DNA from: Gemmatimonadota bacterium
Lineage (GTDB): Bacteria; Gemmatimonadota; Gemmatimonadetes; Gemmatimonadales; GWC2-71-9
DNA: 64,000 bases
Reading direction: 5' to 3'
Assembly (NCBI GenBank): GCA_031402225.1
Contig: JANNSD010000037.1
Coordinates: 15,283-79,282 of the forward strand
Shown here: positions 18,643 through 29,472 of the stretch, piece by piece
How positions within the stretch are numbered: position 1 is the stretch's first letter
How the letters are laid out: each line of letters begins with the position of its first letter
The notes under the pieces: model-generated
Seen by the model: the letters and a program-made list of their open reading frames with translations, nothing else
What the model was told of the DNA's origin: nothing
Databases searched by the model: none
Position numbers and translations under genes: made by a program

Positions 18643-21258
18643 ATGACCAACACCGCCACTCCGCTCCGCCGCTGGACGGCCGACGTGCACCGTGAGGTGC
18701 TCCCCAATGGCCTCACGCTCCTCGTCCAGCGCGACGACTCCGCCCCCGCTGTCGCGGCCATCACGCATGTGCGCGCCGGGTTCTTCGACGAGCCTGATCG
18801 CTGGATCGGCATCTCGCACGTGCTCGAGCACATGTTCTTCAAGGGGACGCCGACGCGGGCGGTGGGACAGATCGCGCGGGAAACGAAGGCCGCGGGCGGG
18901 TACCTGAACGCGTCCACGTCCTACGACCGGACCAGCTACTTCGTGGTGCTGCCCGCGTCGGCGCTGGCGCGCGCGGTGGACATCCAGGCCGACGCACTGC
19001 GGCACTCGCTCATTGATGCCAACGAGCTCGAGCGGGAGTTGCGCGTCATCGTGCAGGAAGCCAATCGCAAGCTCGACACGCCCGACGCGGTCACCTACGA
19101 AACGCTGCACGAGCTGATGTTCGATCATCACCGCATCCGGCGGTGGCGGATCGGCACCGAGGCCCAGTTGTCCGGCTACACCCGCGACGACGTGGCCGGC
19201 TACTACCACTCGCGCTACGTGCCGGAGCGCACCATCGTGTCGGTGGTCGGTGCCGTGCCCATCGAGGAGACGCTGGCCGTGCTGCGCGCCGCCTACGGCG
19301 ACTGGACGGCGGCACCGGGGGCGGTGGACCCGTCGCCGGAGGAGCCACGCCGCATGGGCGTGCGCGCCCGGACGCTGCGGGGCGACGTGTCCCGGGCCGA
19401 ATTGTCGCTCGGCTGGCGCACGGTGGATGCCCTGCACCCGGATAGCGTGCCGCTCGAGGTGGCGGCCGCGGTGCTGAGCGCCGGCCGCGGCAGCTGGCTT
19501 TATCGCATCCTGCGCGAGCCCGGCGTGGTGACCGGCGTGGGTGCGTCCAACTACGCCACGGGTGATGTGGGCGTGTTCTCCATTTCGGCCGACGTCGAGC
19601 CGGCCCGCGTGAACCAGGCGCTGGAGGGCATCGCGTCCGCCACGAGCCGGCTGGCCCTCCTCGGTCCTGGCGATGCCGACCTCAATCGCGCGCGCACGCT
19701 GTTGCAGGCCCGCTGGGCCCGTCGCAACGAATCGATGGAAGGTCGCGCCTCGGCCCTGGCGAGCGCCGAGGCGCTTGGCCGCATCGAACTGCTGGACGAA
19801 GAGTACGAGCGCCTGTGCAGCGTCACCGCTGATGAGGTGCGTGAGGCCGCCCGGCGTTACCTGTTGCCGGACAGTGTGAGCGGTGTCGTCTACCTCCCCG
19901 ACGGCGTGGGCGATGACCTCACCTCCGATCGCCTGGCCGCGGCATTCGCGGTGGCGTCGCTGGCCACGCTGGCACCACCCGAGGCGAGGGCGCCCGCCCC
20001 GCGTGCCCCGCGCACGGCGCAGGGTACCCGCACTGCCGATGTGCTGCATGTGCCGCTCGGCGGGCTCGACCTGCTCATTCGCCGGAAGCCCGGCGTCCCG
20101 GCGGTGACGCTCGGCTACTATGTGCCGCGTGACGCTGCCGAGGCTCCGCAGATGGCTGGCGTCGGCGCCCTCGCGATGCGCTCCGTGATCCGCGGTGCCG
20201 GTCTGCTGGACGGCGCCGCACTCGCGTTCGCCGCGGAAGGCCTCGGCGGCACGCTCAGCGCGAGCGCCGGGATCGACTGGGCCGGGCTGAGCCTCCCGGT
20301 GCTGAGCGAGAACCTTGCGCCCGCCGCGACGCTGCTCCGGCTCGCGGCGTTCGAGCCGGCGTTCAACGAACTGGACGTCCTGACCGAGCGGGGACTGTTG
20401 CTGGAAGAGGCGCGGCAGGTGGCGGATGACATGTTCCGCTACCCGTTCCTCCTGGCGTTCGGCGCGGCGTTTCGCGACCGGGGCTACGGCCGTCCGGTCG
20501 GCGGCACGGTGGACACGCTCCCGCAGCTTGGTATCGATGACGTGCGCGCCTGGCATCACACGAGCTTTGCCGGTCGGCGCGGTGCGCTGGTGGTGGTGGG
20601 CGACCTCGATCCGGATTCCGCGGCGGCGACACTGGCCGGCGTGTTCGGCGACGTGCCCGGTGGGGCGGACGCTCCTCCGCGCGCGCGCCAGCTGGTTCAG
20701 CCCGATCCGAACGACTGGCAGCGGGTGACGTCGCGCGCGAGGGCCCAGACGGCGTTCGCGATGGCGTTTCCCGGGCCCGATCGTCGTGACCCGCGCCGCC
20801 ACGCCGCGGACGTGTGGGGTGCCGTGGCGAGCGGGCTCGGTGGACGGCTGTTCGACGCGCTGCGTGACCGGCGCTCGCTGGCCTACACGGTGGTGGGAAC
20901 GGCGTGGCCCCGGCGCGACGGCGGCGCCCTGCTCAGCTATATCGCGACGTCACCGGAGCGCGAAGATGAGGCGCGCGCCGCCATGCTCACCGAGTTGACG
21001 CGCTTTGCCGAGGAGCGCGTCAACGCCCAGGAGCTGGCGGAGGGAGTGAACTACCTGTCGGGGCAGGCGGAAGTGTCCCGCCAGAGCGCCGGTGCCGTGG
21101 TGGGAGAGATCGTCGATGCCTGGCTGGCGGGCGAGGGCTTGCGTGAACTCGAGGATCCAGCGGCCCGCTACCGGTCGGTGACGGCGGATGCGATCCGGGA
21201 TGTCGCCGCGGCGGCGTTTGCTGGCGTGCGGGCGGAAGGGGTGGTCAGGGGAGCGTAG
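18643..21258 (+). CDS. Fused two-module M16 (pitrilysin/insulinase) family zinc peptidase
   Basis: 871 aa. The inverted zinc motif HxxEH is in ISHVLEHMFFKGT in the first module. The second module is homologous but lacks the motif, as in heterodimeric M16B pairs. Confidence 0.85.
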   Translation: MTNTATPLRRWTADVHREVLPNGLTLLVQRDDSAPAVAAITHVRAGFFDEPDRWIGISHVLEHMFFKGTPTRAVGQIARETKAAGGYLNASTSYDRTSYFVVLPASALARAVDIQADALRHSLIDANELERELRVIVQEANRKLDTPDAVTYETLHELMFDHHRIRRWRIGTEAQLSGYTRDDVAGYYHSRYVPERTIVSVVGAVPIEETLAVLRAAYGDWTAAPGAVDPSPEEPRRMGVRARTLRGDVSRAELSLGWRTVDALHPDSVPLEVAAAVLSAGRGSWLYRILREPGVVTGVGASNYATGDVGVFSISADVEPARVNQALEGIASATSRLALLGPGDADLNRARTLLQARWARRNESMEGRASALASAEALGRIELLDEEYERLCSVTADEVREAARRYLLPDSVSGVVYLPDGVGDDLTSDRLAAAFAVASLATLAPPEARAPAPRAPRTAQGTRTADVLHVPLGGLDLLIRRKPGVPAVTLGYYVPRDAAEAPQMAGVGALAMRSVIRGAGLLDGAALAFAAEGLGGTLSASAGIDWAGLSLPVLSENLAPAATLLRLAAFEPAFNELDVLTERGLLLEEARQVADDMFRYPFLLAFGAAFRDRGYGRPVGGTVDTLPQLGIDDVRAWHHTSFAGRRGALVVVGDLDPDSAAATLAGVFGDVPGGADAPPRARQLVQPDPNDWQRVTSRARAQTAFAMAFPGPDRRDPRRHAADVWGAVASGLGGRLFDALRDRRSLAYTVVGTAWPRRDGGALLSYIATSPEREDEARAAMLTELTRFAEERVNAQELAEGVNYLSGQAEVSRQSAGAVVGEIVDAWLAGEGLRELEDPAARYRSVTADAIRDVAAAAFAGVRAEGVVRGA

Positions 21259-21272
21259 GACCCAGCCGCATG

Positions 21273-22052
21273 TCATGCGACCCGCGCCGGCCATCGGCTG
21301 ACGGCGTCGCGGTATCCTTCGGGCACACCGAGGTCAAACAGCCTGGCCGGCACGGCCACACCCTCCAGCGCTCCGCGCGCGGCGAGGCGCTGCAGTACCG
21401 GACGATCGTCGATTTCGGCGCCGGGGGGCACCGACGCGGCCACCGCGTCGAAGTCACTGAAGACATCGCTGGTGTAGGCTACCCGTCCGGTGGGTGCGAG
21501 CACCGGTTCGCCCTCAGCAGCGAAGCGACCGAGACTCGAGCCCCGGGCGTCGAGGGACTCGACCCGCAGGCGTCCGCCGTCCTGGGCGCGCGTCATGGCG
21601 CGACCGAAGGCGCCGGTGCGCGCCGCCTCCACCGGGCCGATTTCCACCAGCGCGATCGTGGTGTGGCGCGAGGCGCGGTGCGCCGCCAGTACCGCGGCGG
21701 TCGGGTTCGGGCCGTCGAAGAGCTGGTCGGGCTGCAGCAGGAGAAATGGCGATCCTGCCAGCGCGTCGCGCGCGGAGAGGATCGCGTCACCCAGCCCGCG
21801 AAAGGCGGTCTGCGTCACGAACTCGAGCTCGAGCGGCCCCTGATACTGGCGCGCCGCGGCCTCGATGACCGGCTTGTGCGGGGTCACAACCAGGATGACA
21901 CGGAGCAAGCCCGCAGACGCCGCCTCGTCGAGCGCCCAGTAGAGTGCCGGCTTGAGGCCGACGGGGAGCATCTCTTTCGGCACCCAGTTGGTGATCGGGC
22001 GGAGTCGGCGGCCAAGGCCACCACACGGAATGACGGCGGTATCGAGGGCCAT
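21273..22052 (-). CDS. Sugar/alcohol-phosphate nucleotidyltransferase (NTP_transferase fold)
   Basis: 259 aa. The N-terminus AVIPCGGLGRRLRPITNWVPKEMLPV matches the G-x-G-x-R-L-x-P-x-T signature of nucleotidylyltransferases. The substrate is not inferable. Confidence 0.7.
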   Translation of the reverse strand: MALDTAVIPCGGLGRRLRPITNWVPKEMLPVGLKPALYWALDEAASAGLLRVILVVTPHKPVIEAAARQYQGPLELEFVTQTAFRGLGDAILSARDALAGSPFLLLQPDQLFDGPNPTAAVLAAHRASRHTTIALVEIGPVEAARTGAFGRAMTRAQDGGRLRVESLDARGSSLGRFAAEGEPVLAPTGRVAYTSDVFSDFDAVAASVPPGAEIDDRPVLQRLAARGALEGVAVPARLFDLGVPEGYRDAVSRWPARVA

Positions 22053-22137
22053 CAGAACATCGACATGGCGAGGAAGGTTCGAAGGCTGTCATTGATGCGC
22101 AGCAGGGAGAGGTTCATGGCACGCCGGGAGGCTTGGG

Positions 22138-22704
22138 GTGGCGAAGGTGACCGAAGCTAGTCCGGCATCTGGGAGCGAGCAAGCACGCCCGCCATGGGGT
22201 CTTGCCGACGTCTGCTCGGCGCTGCGAATCCCGCTCGCGGCGGCGTTCGTGCTGCTGCCATCCACGACCGCGCGGCTCGTGATCCTGGCGCTCGCGGCCG
22301 TCTCCGATCTTCTCGACGGCTTTCTGGCGCGTCGCCTTGGTCCGTCGCGCCTCGGCGCGTTCGTTGACCCGGTTGCCGACCGGCTGTTCATGGCCTGTGG
22401 TTTCGGGGTGGTCGCCTTCTCCGGCCTGCTGCACTGGTGGGAGGTGGTGGGAGTGCTGCTGCGGGACATCACGGCGTCGGCCGCTTTCTTCATCACCGCC
22501 GGCCTGGGTCGCGCCGCGTCCATCCCTGCCCGACTGGGCGGGAAGGCGGTGACGCTGGCGCAGCTGCTGACGCTGCTCGCGTTCCTCTTGGCGCCGCAGT
22601 ACCTGCGACCCATGGCGTGGGCGACGAGCGCCGTCGGCCTGTATGCGATCTGGGACTATTACCATGCGCGCCGCCTGCAGCGGAGGGTGGGGCAGGGCAC
22701 ATGA
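22138..22704 (+). CDS. CDP-alcohol phosphatidyltransferase family protein (PgsA-like)
   Basis: 188 aa with a GTG start. The motif D-x2-D-G-x2-A-R-x8-G-x3-D-x3-D is present as SDLLDGFLARRLGPSRLGAFVDPVADR. It has multiple TM segments. Confidence 0.8.
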   Translation: MAKVTEASPASGSEQARPPWGLADVCSALRIPLAAAFVLLPSTTARLVILALAAVSDLLDGFLARRLGPSRLGAFVDPVADRLFMACGFGVVAFSGLLHWWEVVGVLLRDITASAAFFITAGLGRAASIPARLGGKAVTLAQLLTLLAFLLAPQYLRPMAWATSAVGLYAIWDYYHARRLQRRVGQGT

Positions 22705-22720
22705 CCGGGAAGGAGTTCTG

Positions 22721-23125
22721 ATGGAGACCAAGCACATTGCGCTCAGCTGGACCGGCGGGCTGCGGTTCGAGGGCGGAGAACCGGGCGGGCCCGTGTCCCT
22801 CGTCGACGGGGACAACGTCACCGCGCCGGGACCGATGCTGCACCTGCTGCTCGCCGTCGCGTCGTGCAGTGCGGCCGACGTGGTGGACATTCTGGCGAAG
22901 ATGCGGGAAGAACTCACCAGCCTGGAGGTCGAGGCCTGGGGGGACCGTCGCGACGACCCGCCCCGGCGCTACACCAGCCTTCGCCTGCGTTTCCGGGTGC
23001 GCGGTGAGTCGCTGGCCGAGGTGAAAGTGCGCCGCGCGATCGACCTGTCACTCGAGAAGTACTGCTCGGTGATCCACTCGCTGGCGCCCGATATCCCGGT
23101 GCACTACGAACTCGACCTCGGCTGA
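22721..23125 (+). CDS. OsmC family peroxiredoxin-like protein
   Basis: Track ORF 22643..23125. I moved the start to ATG 22721 (GGAAGGAG at 22708-22715). LHLLLAVASCSAADVVDILAK ... LSLEKYCSVIHSL are the two conserved Cys contexts of OsmC/Ohr. Confidence 0.8.
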   Translation: METKHIALSWTGGLRFEGGEPGGPVSLVDGDNVTAPGPMLHLLLAVASCSAADVVDILAKMREELTSLEVEAWGDRRDDPPRRYTSLRLRFRVRGESLAEVKVRRAIDLSLEKYCSVIHSLAPDIPVHYELDLG

Positions 23126-23194
23126 GCCCCGGAAAACATGAGCGCCCCGGCGGATTCCGCCGGGGCGCGCATCACCTTCAGGGGCGAGGGAGCT

Positions 23195-23464
23195 TCAGGC
23201 GGCGCCTGAACCCGCCGTCTCCTTGCGCCGTACCGGCTGGCAGTACCGCTCGCCGAGCTCCCGAAGCTGGGTCAGCTCCGCGTCGGTGAGGTCGTCGTAC
23301 CGTTCGCCGAGATACTGCATGGTGTCGTCCATCCACTCCTTCTGGTGCTCCGGGAGCGCCTCGATGACGCCGCAGCGCAGGATGTGACTGAACAACTCGT
23401 CACGAGCCTGGTCCTGCGTGGAAGCCACTGCCGGTGTGCTACGGGTCTTCTTCTGCTTGGACAT
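23195..23464 (-). CDS. Hypothetical small protein (89 aa)
   Basis: Track ORF 23195..23626. I moved the start to ATG 23464 (MSKQKKTRST...), preceded by GGGGAAGGG. I recognise no family. Confidence 0.45.
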   Translation of the reverse strand: MSKQKKTRSTPAVASTQDQARDELFSHILRCGVIEALPEHQKEWMDDTMQYLGERYDDLTDAELTQLRELGERYCQPVRRKETAGSGAA

Positions 23465-23679
23465 CCCTTCCCCTATGTCTGAGCCAGGTACTTTGAACCG
23501 GTAATGATAACCGGATAGCACCATTTGGTGCAAACCCCGTGCTCGACGGTGGCCGAGAGGTCCCAGACCGCTGTGGCTGCGGGACTTAGGGCGCTTTTTC
23601 CCGGCCCGCGCCTCATCGATATACATTTCCCCGCCGTATACCTGAGAGGACGCGGTCCGCGTCCGGTGAGGGCTAGTGG

Positions 23680-23985
23680 ATGGCCGAGCATGAAGAGCTC
23701 TACGACGATGCGCGCGCGGAGCGATTGAAGGTGCTGCTGCGCCGTCTCGCCGACCTCATCCAGGAGCGGGATCGCACCGACGCCCTGCTCGATGCCAGCG
23801 CCGAACTGCAGCGGCTCCTGGGCGAGGCGCGGAGCGAACTGTTCCACTATGAGGTGCGCTGCACCTATGATACGCCCGAGATCGCCGAGCACCGGCGGCT
23901 GGTTGACGATGCGTTGAGCAGTCCCTTTACCCTCGAAGACCCGGAGGACGAAGAGCCATGGCGGCGCCCGCGCCCAGCGGATTGA
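23680..23985 (+). CDS. Hypothetical acidic protein (101 aa)
   Basis: ATG preceded by GAGGG. It looks helical and coiled-coil-like, and its composition looks coding. It overlaps the next gene by 28 nt. Confidence 0.45.
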   Translation: MAEHEELYDDARAERLKVLLRRLADLIQERDRTDALLDASAELQRLLGEARSELFHYEVRCTYDTPEIAEHRRLVDDALSSPFTLEDPEDEEPWRRPRPAD

Positions 23986-24650
23986 AGCGGTTCTACCTTG
24001 TGCTCGCCGCGGTGGCGGTTATCGGCGTTGGTGCGCTGGTGTTCCTGTCACAGCGGAAGACCGTGAGCATCCCGGCGAATCCGGTGGTGGTGGCGAGCGA
24101 CACCGCCGGATTCCGGGGGTACATCCTGGGGAGCGCCGATGCGCCGGTGGAGGTTGCGGTGTACGCCGACTACCAGTGCCCGGCCTGCGGCGGGTTCGAC
24201 GCGGTTCAGTTCCCGACGGTGAAGGAGCGTCTCATTGCCACGGGCCGGGTGCGCTGGCGGTACCGGGATTTCCCGCTCACCATCCACCCCCAGGCTCGGC
24301 TTGCCGCGCACGCCGCGGCGTGTGCTGATGACCAGGGCAAGTTCTGGGAGATGCACCGCTTTATCTATGAGGCGCTGAACGACTGGGCCTTCAAGTCGGA
24401 CGCCGTGAGCCAGCTGCGCAACCTGGCCAAGCCTCTTGGCATCGACATGGACAAGTACGACGCCTGCATGCAGGGCGCGATACACGCTGGTCGCATCCAG
24501 GCGAGCTTTGACGAGGGCATGAAGCTGGGCGTGCCCTCGACCCCGACCTTCGTGATCGGGGGCCGGCTGATCAGCGGCAACCTTCCGTACGATGCCCTGA
24601 AGCACATCGTGGATTCGATCGCGCCGATCGCACCCCCGCCAACCCAGTGA
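23958..24650 (+). CDS. Membrane-anchored DsbA-like thiol:disulfide oxidoreductase
   Basis: 230 aa. It has an N-terminal TM anchor (FYLVLAAVAVIGVGALVFL) and a thioredoxin-fold CPAC active site in YADYQCPACGGF. Confidence 0.82.
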   Translation: MAAPAPSGLKRFYLVLAAVAVIGVGALVFLSQRKTVSIPANPVVVASDTAGFRGYILGSADAPVEVAVYADYQCPACGGFDAVQFPTVKERLIATGRVRWRYRDFPLTIHPQARLAAHAAACADDQGKFWEMHRFIYEALNDWAFKSDAVSQLRNLAKPLGIDMDKYDACMQGAIHAGRIQASFDEGMKLGVPSTPTFVIGGRLISGNLPYDALKHIVDSIAPIAPPPTQ

Positions 24651-24675
24651 GCCGAGGCCGGGTCCGCCTCCTGCC

Positions 24676-26661
24676 GTGACAACAGACGACACCCACGCCG
24701 GTCGCTCGAAACGCGACCTGGCGTTCCTGGCCCTGGCCGCGCTCGGCGTCGTCTACGGCGACATCGGGACGAGCCCGCTGTACGCCCTGAAGGAGTGCTT
24801 CAACCCGGAGCATGGGCTGGCGGCCACCCGCGAGAACGTCATGGGGGTCATGTCGCTCGTGTTCTGGGCGATGAACTTCGTCGTGTCGTTCAAGTACATC
24901 ACCTTCGTGCTGAAGGCCGACAACCGGGGTGAGGGGGGCATCCTCGCGCTGCTGGCGCTGGTGCGGCCGCACGCCAGGAAGGACAGCACCCGCGCCCGCG
25001 CCATCCTGGTCGGGGCGGGACTCTTCGGCGCCGCGCTGCTCTACGGCGACGGCATCATCACGCCCGCCATCTCGGTGCTCGGCGCGGTGGAGGGCCTGAC
25101 CATGGCCACCACCATCTTCAACGGGTGGGTTCCGTACCTGTCCGCGGCGATCCTGCTGGTGCTTTTTCTGGTGCAGCGCACCGGCACGGCGAGGGTCGGC
25201 GCCGTGTTCGGCCCGGTGATGGTCGTGTGGTTCATCTGCATCGCGCTTCTCGGCGTGCGCGGTCTGGCCGCCGACCCATCGGTGCTCGGGGCCATCAACC
25301 CCATCCATGGCATCCGCTTTTTCCGCGATGACGGCCTGGCCGGCTTCCTCATCCTGGGCTCGGTGGTGCTGGTGGTGACCGGCGGCGAGGCGCTTTACGC
25401 CGACATGGGCCACTTCGGTCGCCGGCCGATCCGGTTCGCCTGGTTTGCCGTGGCGCTGCCGGCGCTGCTGCTCAACTATTTCGGCCAGTCGGCGTGGCTG
25501 CTGCACCACCCCGAGGCGCTGCAGAATCCCTTCTACGCGCTGGTGCCACCGTGGGCGCTGTACCCGATGGTCGCCATCGCTACGGCGGCGGCGGTCGTGG
25601 CCTCGCAGGCGCTGATTTCGGGCGCGTTCTCCCTTACCCAGCAGGCGGTACAGCTCGGCTACTCACCGCGGGTCACGATCCAGCACACGTCGGCCAAGGA
25701 GTCGGGGCAGATCTACATCCCGCAGGTCAATGCGCTGCTGTGCATCGGCTGCATCGCCCTGGTGCTGACCATGAAGAGCGCCACGGCGCTGGCCGCGGCG
25801 TACGGCATCGCGGTGACGGGTACGATGATCATCACCACGCTGCTCTTCCACACGGTGACGCGGGAGCGGTGGCACTGGCCGTGGGCGGCGTCGGCGGCGA
25901 TGATGGTGCTCTTCCTCGTGGTCGATCTCGGGTTCTTCGGTGCCAACCTGGTGAAGGTGGCCAGTGGCGGCTGGATCCCGCTGGCCGTGGCGGCGGTGAT
26001 CTACCTGCTCATGACCACCTGGAGCGTCGGCCGGCGGCGGTTGTGGGCGATCGTGCGGGAGAACACCCTGCCGTTCGACCTCTTCCTCCCCGACATCGCG
26101 CGGCGGAAGCCGCCGCGGGTGCCGGGCACGGCAGTGTTCCTCACGTCCGAAGCATCGGGCGCCCCGCCGGTGCTGCTGCACCACCTGAAGCACAACAAGG
26201 TGCTGCACGAGCGGGTCGTGATCATGTCGGTGGCGACCACGGACATCCCGCTGGTGCCGGCGGCGGAGCGGATCGAGAGCGAATCGCTGGGGGAGGGGTT
26301 CTACCTGGTGAAGGCGCACTACGGCTTCATGGAGACGCCCGACGTGCCGCTGGCGCTGCTGCAGCTGTCGGACGAACTGCGGGCGGGGGGGAAGGACACC
26401 GCCACGTTCCGCACCGCCGATACCAGCTTCTACCTTGGGCGGGAGACGCTCATCGTGCTGCCCAGGTCAAAGGTGAAGCCGGGCGCCATGCCGGCGCGCG
26501 GCGCATCGTCGTCGGGTGAAGGGATCGGCGGCCTGCCGGGCATGCCGCGCTGGCGCAAGAAGCTGTTTGCCCTGATGGCCCGGAACGCGCAATCGGCCAC
26601 CGCCTTCTTCCAGTTGCCGCCCAACCGGGTGGTGGAGCTCGGCGCCCAGATCCAGTTCTGA
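24676..26661 (+). CDS. kup: KUP/HAK/KT potassium uptake transporter
   Basis: 661 aa with a GTG start. ALGVVYGDIGTSPLYALKECF is the canonical Kup N-terminal signature. Confidence 0.92.
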   Translation: MTTDDTHAGRSKRDLAFLALAALGVVYGDIGTSPLYALKECFNPEHGLAATRENVMGVMSLVFWAMNFVVSFKYITFVLKADNRGEGGILALLALVRPHARKDSTRARAILVGAGLFGAALLYGDGIITPAISVLGAVEGLTMATTIFNGWVPYLSAAILLVLFLVQRTGTARVGAVFGPVMVVWFICIALLGVRGLAADPSVLGAINPIHGIRFFRDDGLAGFLILGSVVLVVTGGEALYADMGHFGRRPIRFAWFAVALPALLLNYFGQSAWLLHHPEALQNPFYALVPPWALYPMVAIATAAAVVASQALISGAFSLTQQAVQLGYSPRVTIQHTSAKESGQIYIPQVNALLCIGCIALVLTMKSATALAAAYGIAVTGTMIITTLLFHTVTRERWHWPWAASAAMMVLFLVVDLGFFGANLVKVASGGWIPLAVAAVIYLLMTTWSVGRRRLWAIVRENTLPFDLFLPDIARRKPPRVPGTAVFLTSEASGAPPVLLHHLKHNKVLHERVVIMSVATTDIPLVPAAERIESESLGEGFYLVKAHYGFMETPDVPLALLQLSDELRAGGKDTATFRTADTSFYLGRETLIVLPRSKVKPGAMPARGASSSGEGIGGLPGMPRWRKKLFALMARNAQSATAFFQLPPNRVVELGAQIQF

Positions 26662-26662
26662 G

Positions 26663-28615
<1,953 letters not shown>

Positions 28616-28776
28616 GGCAGGCGTCTGTGGCGAATGGTGGAAACGCGAAAGTGCAAGTTTCCGCATACGGTCGCGCAGGGTGTTGCTTGGCGGACTGCCG
28701 GACAATTCCGCGAAACTCCGCGTGATGAGCGCCGGCGGATGCGCCAAGTCGTGTGAATATAGGCACCTGCCGAACG

Positions 28777-28792
28777 TGGCATCAGTCTCGCT
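28777..28792 (+). promoter_or_regulatory. Candidate sigma-54 promoter upstream of the STAS gene
   Basis: TGGCATcagtcTCGCT, against the consensus TGGCAC-N5-TTGC(A/T). GG and GC have the correct spacing. It lies about 155-205 nt upstream of the possible STAS start codons. Confidence 0.35.
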
Positions 28793-28995
28793 ATGTCATG
28801 GGACGGGACGCAGCGACGTCCCGACAACAGAACCTGATCCGCCCGATAAGAGCACACCCGGAGTGATCCGGGGCCGCAAAACCAGAGGTCTCGCCTGCAG
28901 CCGCACTTCCGCGGTTCGCGAGATAGCTCGGTGCCGAAGGTGGAGAAATGCTGCGGGCAACCGCGGGTTTCCTTATCGGGTGTGGGAGCAGAATC

Positions 28996-29310
28996 ATGCC
29001 ATCCACACCTCAGTACGTACGAGAAATGTCCGCGCCCGCGACCCTGGGTCTCGACACCCGCATTGCTTTCCGCACTGGAGCATTCGAGCTACTGGAATCG
29101 ATGCCGGAGGGTGAAGGCCGACTGGTCGTCGACCTCGCTGGTACCGGGCACGTGGACTCCGCCGGCCTGGGTGCGCTCATGCTGGTGCAGCGCCGGGCTG
29201 CCGAACGACGGCACGCGGTCGTTCTCGAGAATCCAAGCGACGAACTCCGCTTCCTGCTCAACATCACAAAGCTCAACATGCTCTTCGAGTTCGCGCCCGC
29301 AGGCGTCTGA
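28996..29310 (+). CDS. STAS-domain anti-sigma-factor antagonist-like protein
   Basis: Track ORF 28948..29310. I prefer ATG 28996 (GGGAG 8 nt upstream), but 28948 is possible. RLVVDLAGTGHVDSAGLGALMLVQRR is the SpoIIAA-type STAS core, including the phosphorylatable DSAG Ser. Confidence 0.7.
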   Translation: MPSTPQYVREMSAPATLGLDTRIAFRTGAFELLESMPEGEGRLVVDLAGTGHVDSAGLGALMLVQRRAAERRHAVVLENPSDELRFLLNITKLNMLFEFAPAGV

Positions 29311-29402
29311 AAAAACGGCGCCGCAGCGCATGCTGCGTCGTCCTGATGGCAGGTCGGAGCGAGGTCTGGCAACGTCCCCGCTCCGGCCTGTCGTCGTTTT
29401 CA

Positions 29403-29434
29403 GGACGTGAGGACGTGACGACGTGAAGACGTGA
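29403..29434 (+). repeat. Octamer tandem array (NGACGTGA)x4
   Basis: GGACGTGA GGACGTGA CGACGTGA AGACGTGA, in the STAS-ccmA spacer. Confidence 0.85.
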
Positions 29435-29472
29435 AGTAGACTGGCGGAAGGTGAGCCGTTAGTCTCCCCGCC

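Noticed and set aside
18411-18695. Short ORFs translating the repeats (…TGDGRRETSPLSPLPSPV…; also 18458..18646 and 31448..31795)
   Set aside because: These are purely a by-product of translating the heptamer arrays. They have no RBS and no coding context. The one exception is the last 10 codons of the CcmD-like ORF, which I report.
17269-20802. 1177-aa minus-strand ORF, the longest in that region
   Set aside because: Its composition is Arg/Gly/Ala/His/Pro-dominated with no recognisable motif. It exactly shadows two plus-strand genes with clear families (TPR protein, M16 peptidase with HVLEH). This is the typical antisense open frame of GC-rich DNA.
22076-22083. GGTTCGAA string resembling a tRNA T-loop in the 22053-22137 spacer
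   Set aside because: The flanks cannot form acceptor, D or anticodon stems. I found no tRNA, rRNA or tmRNA-like structure anywhere in the window.
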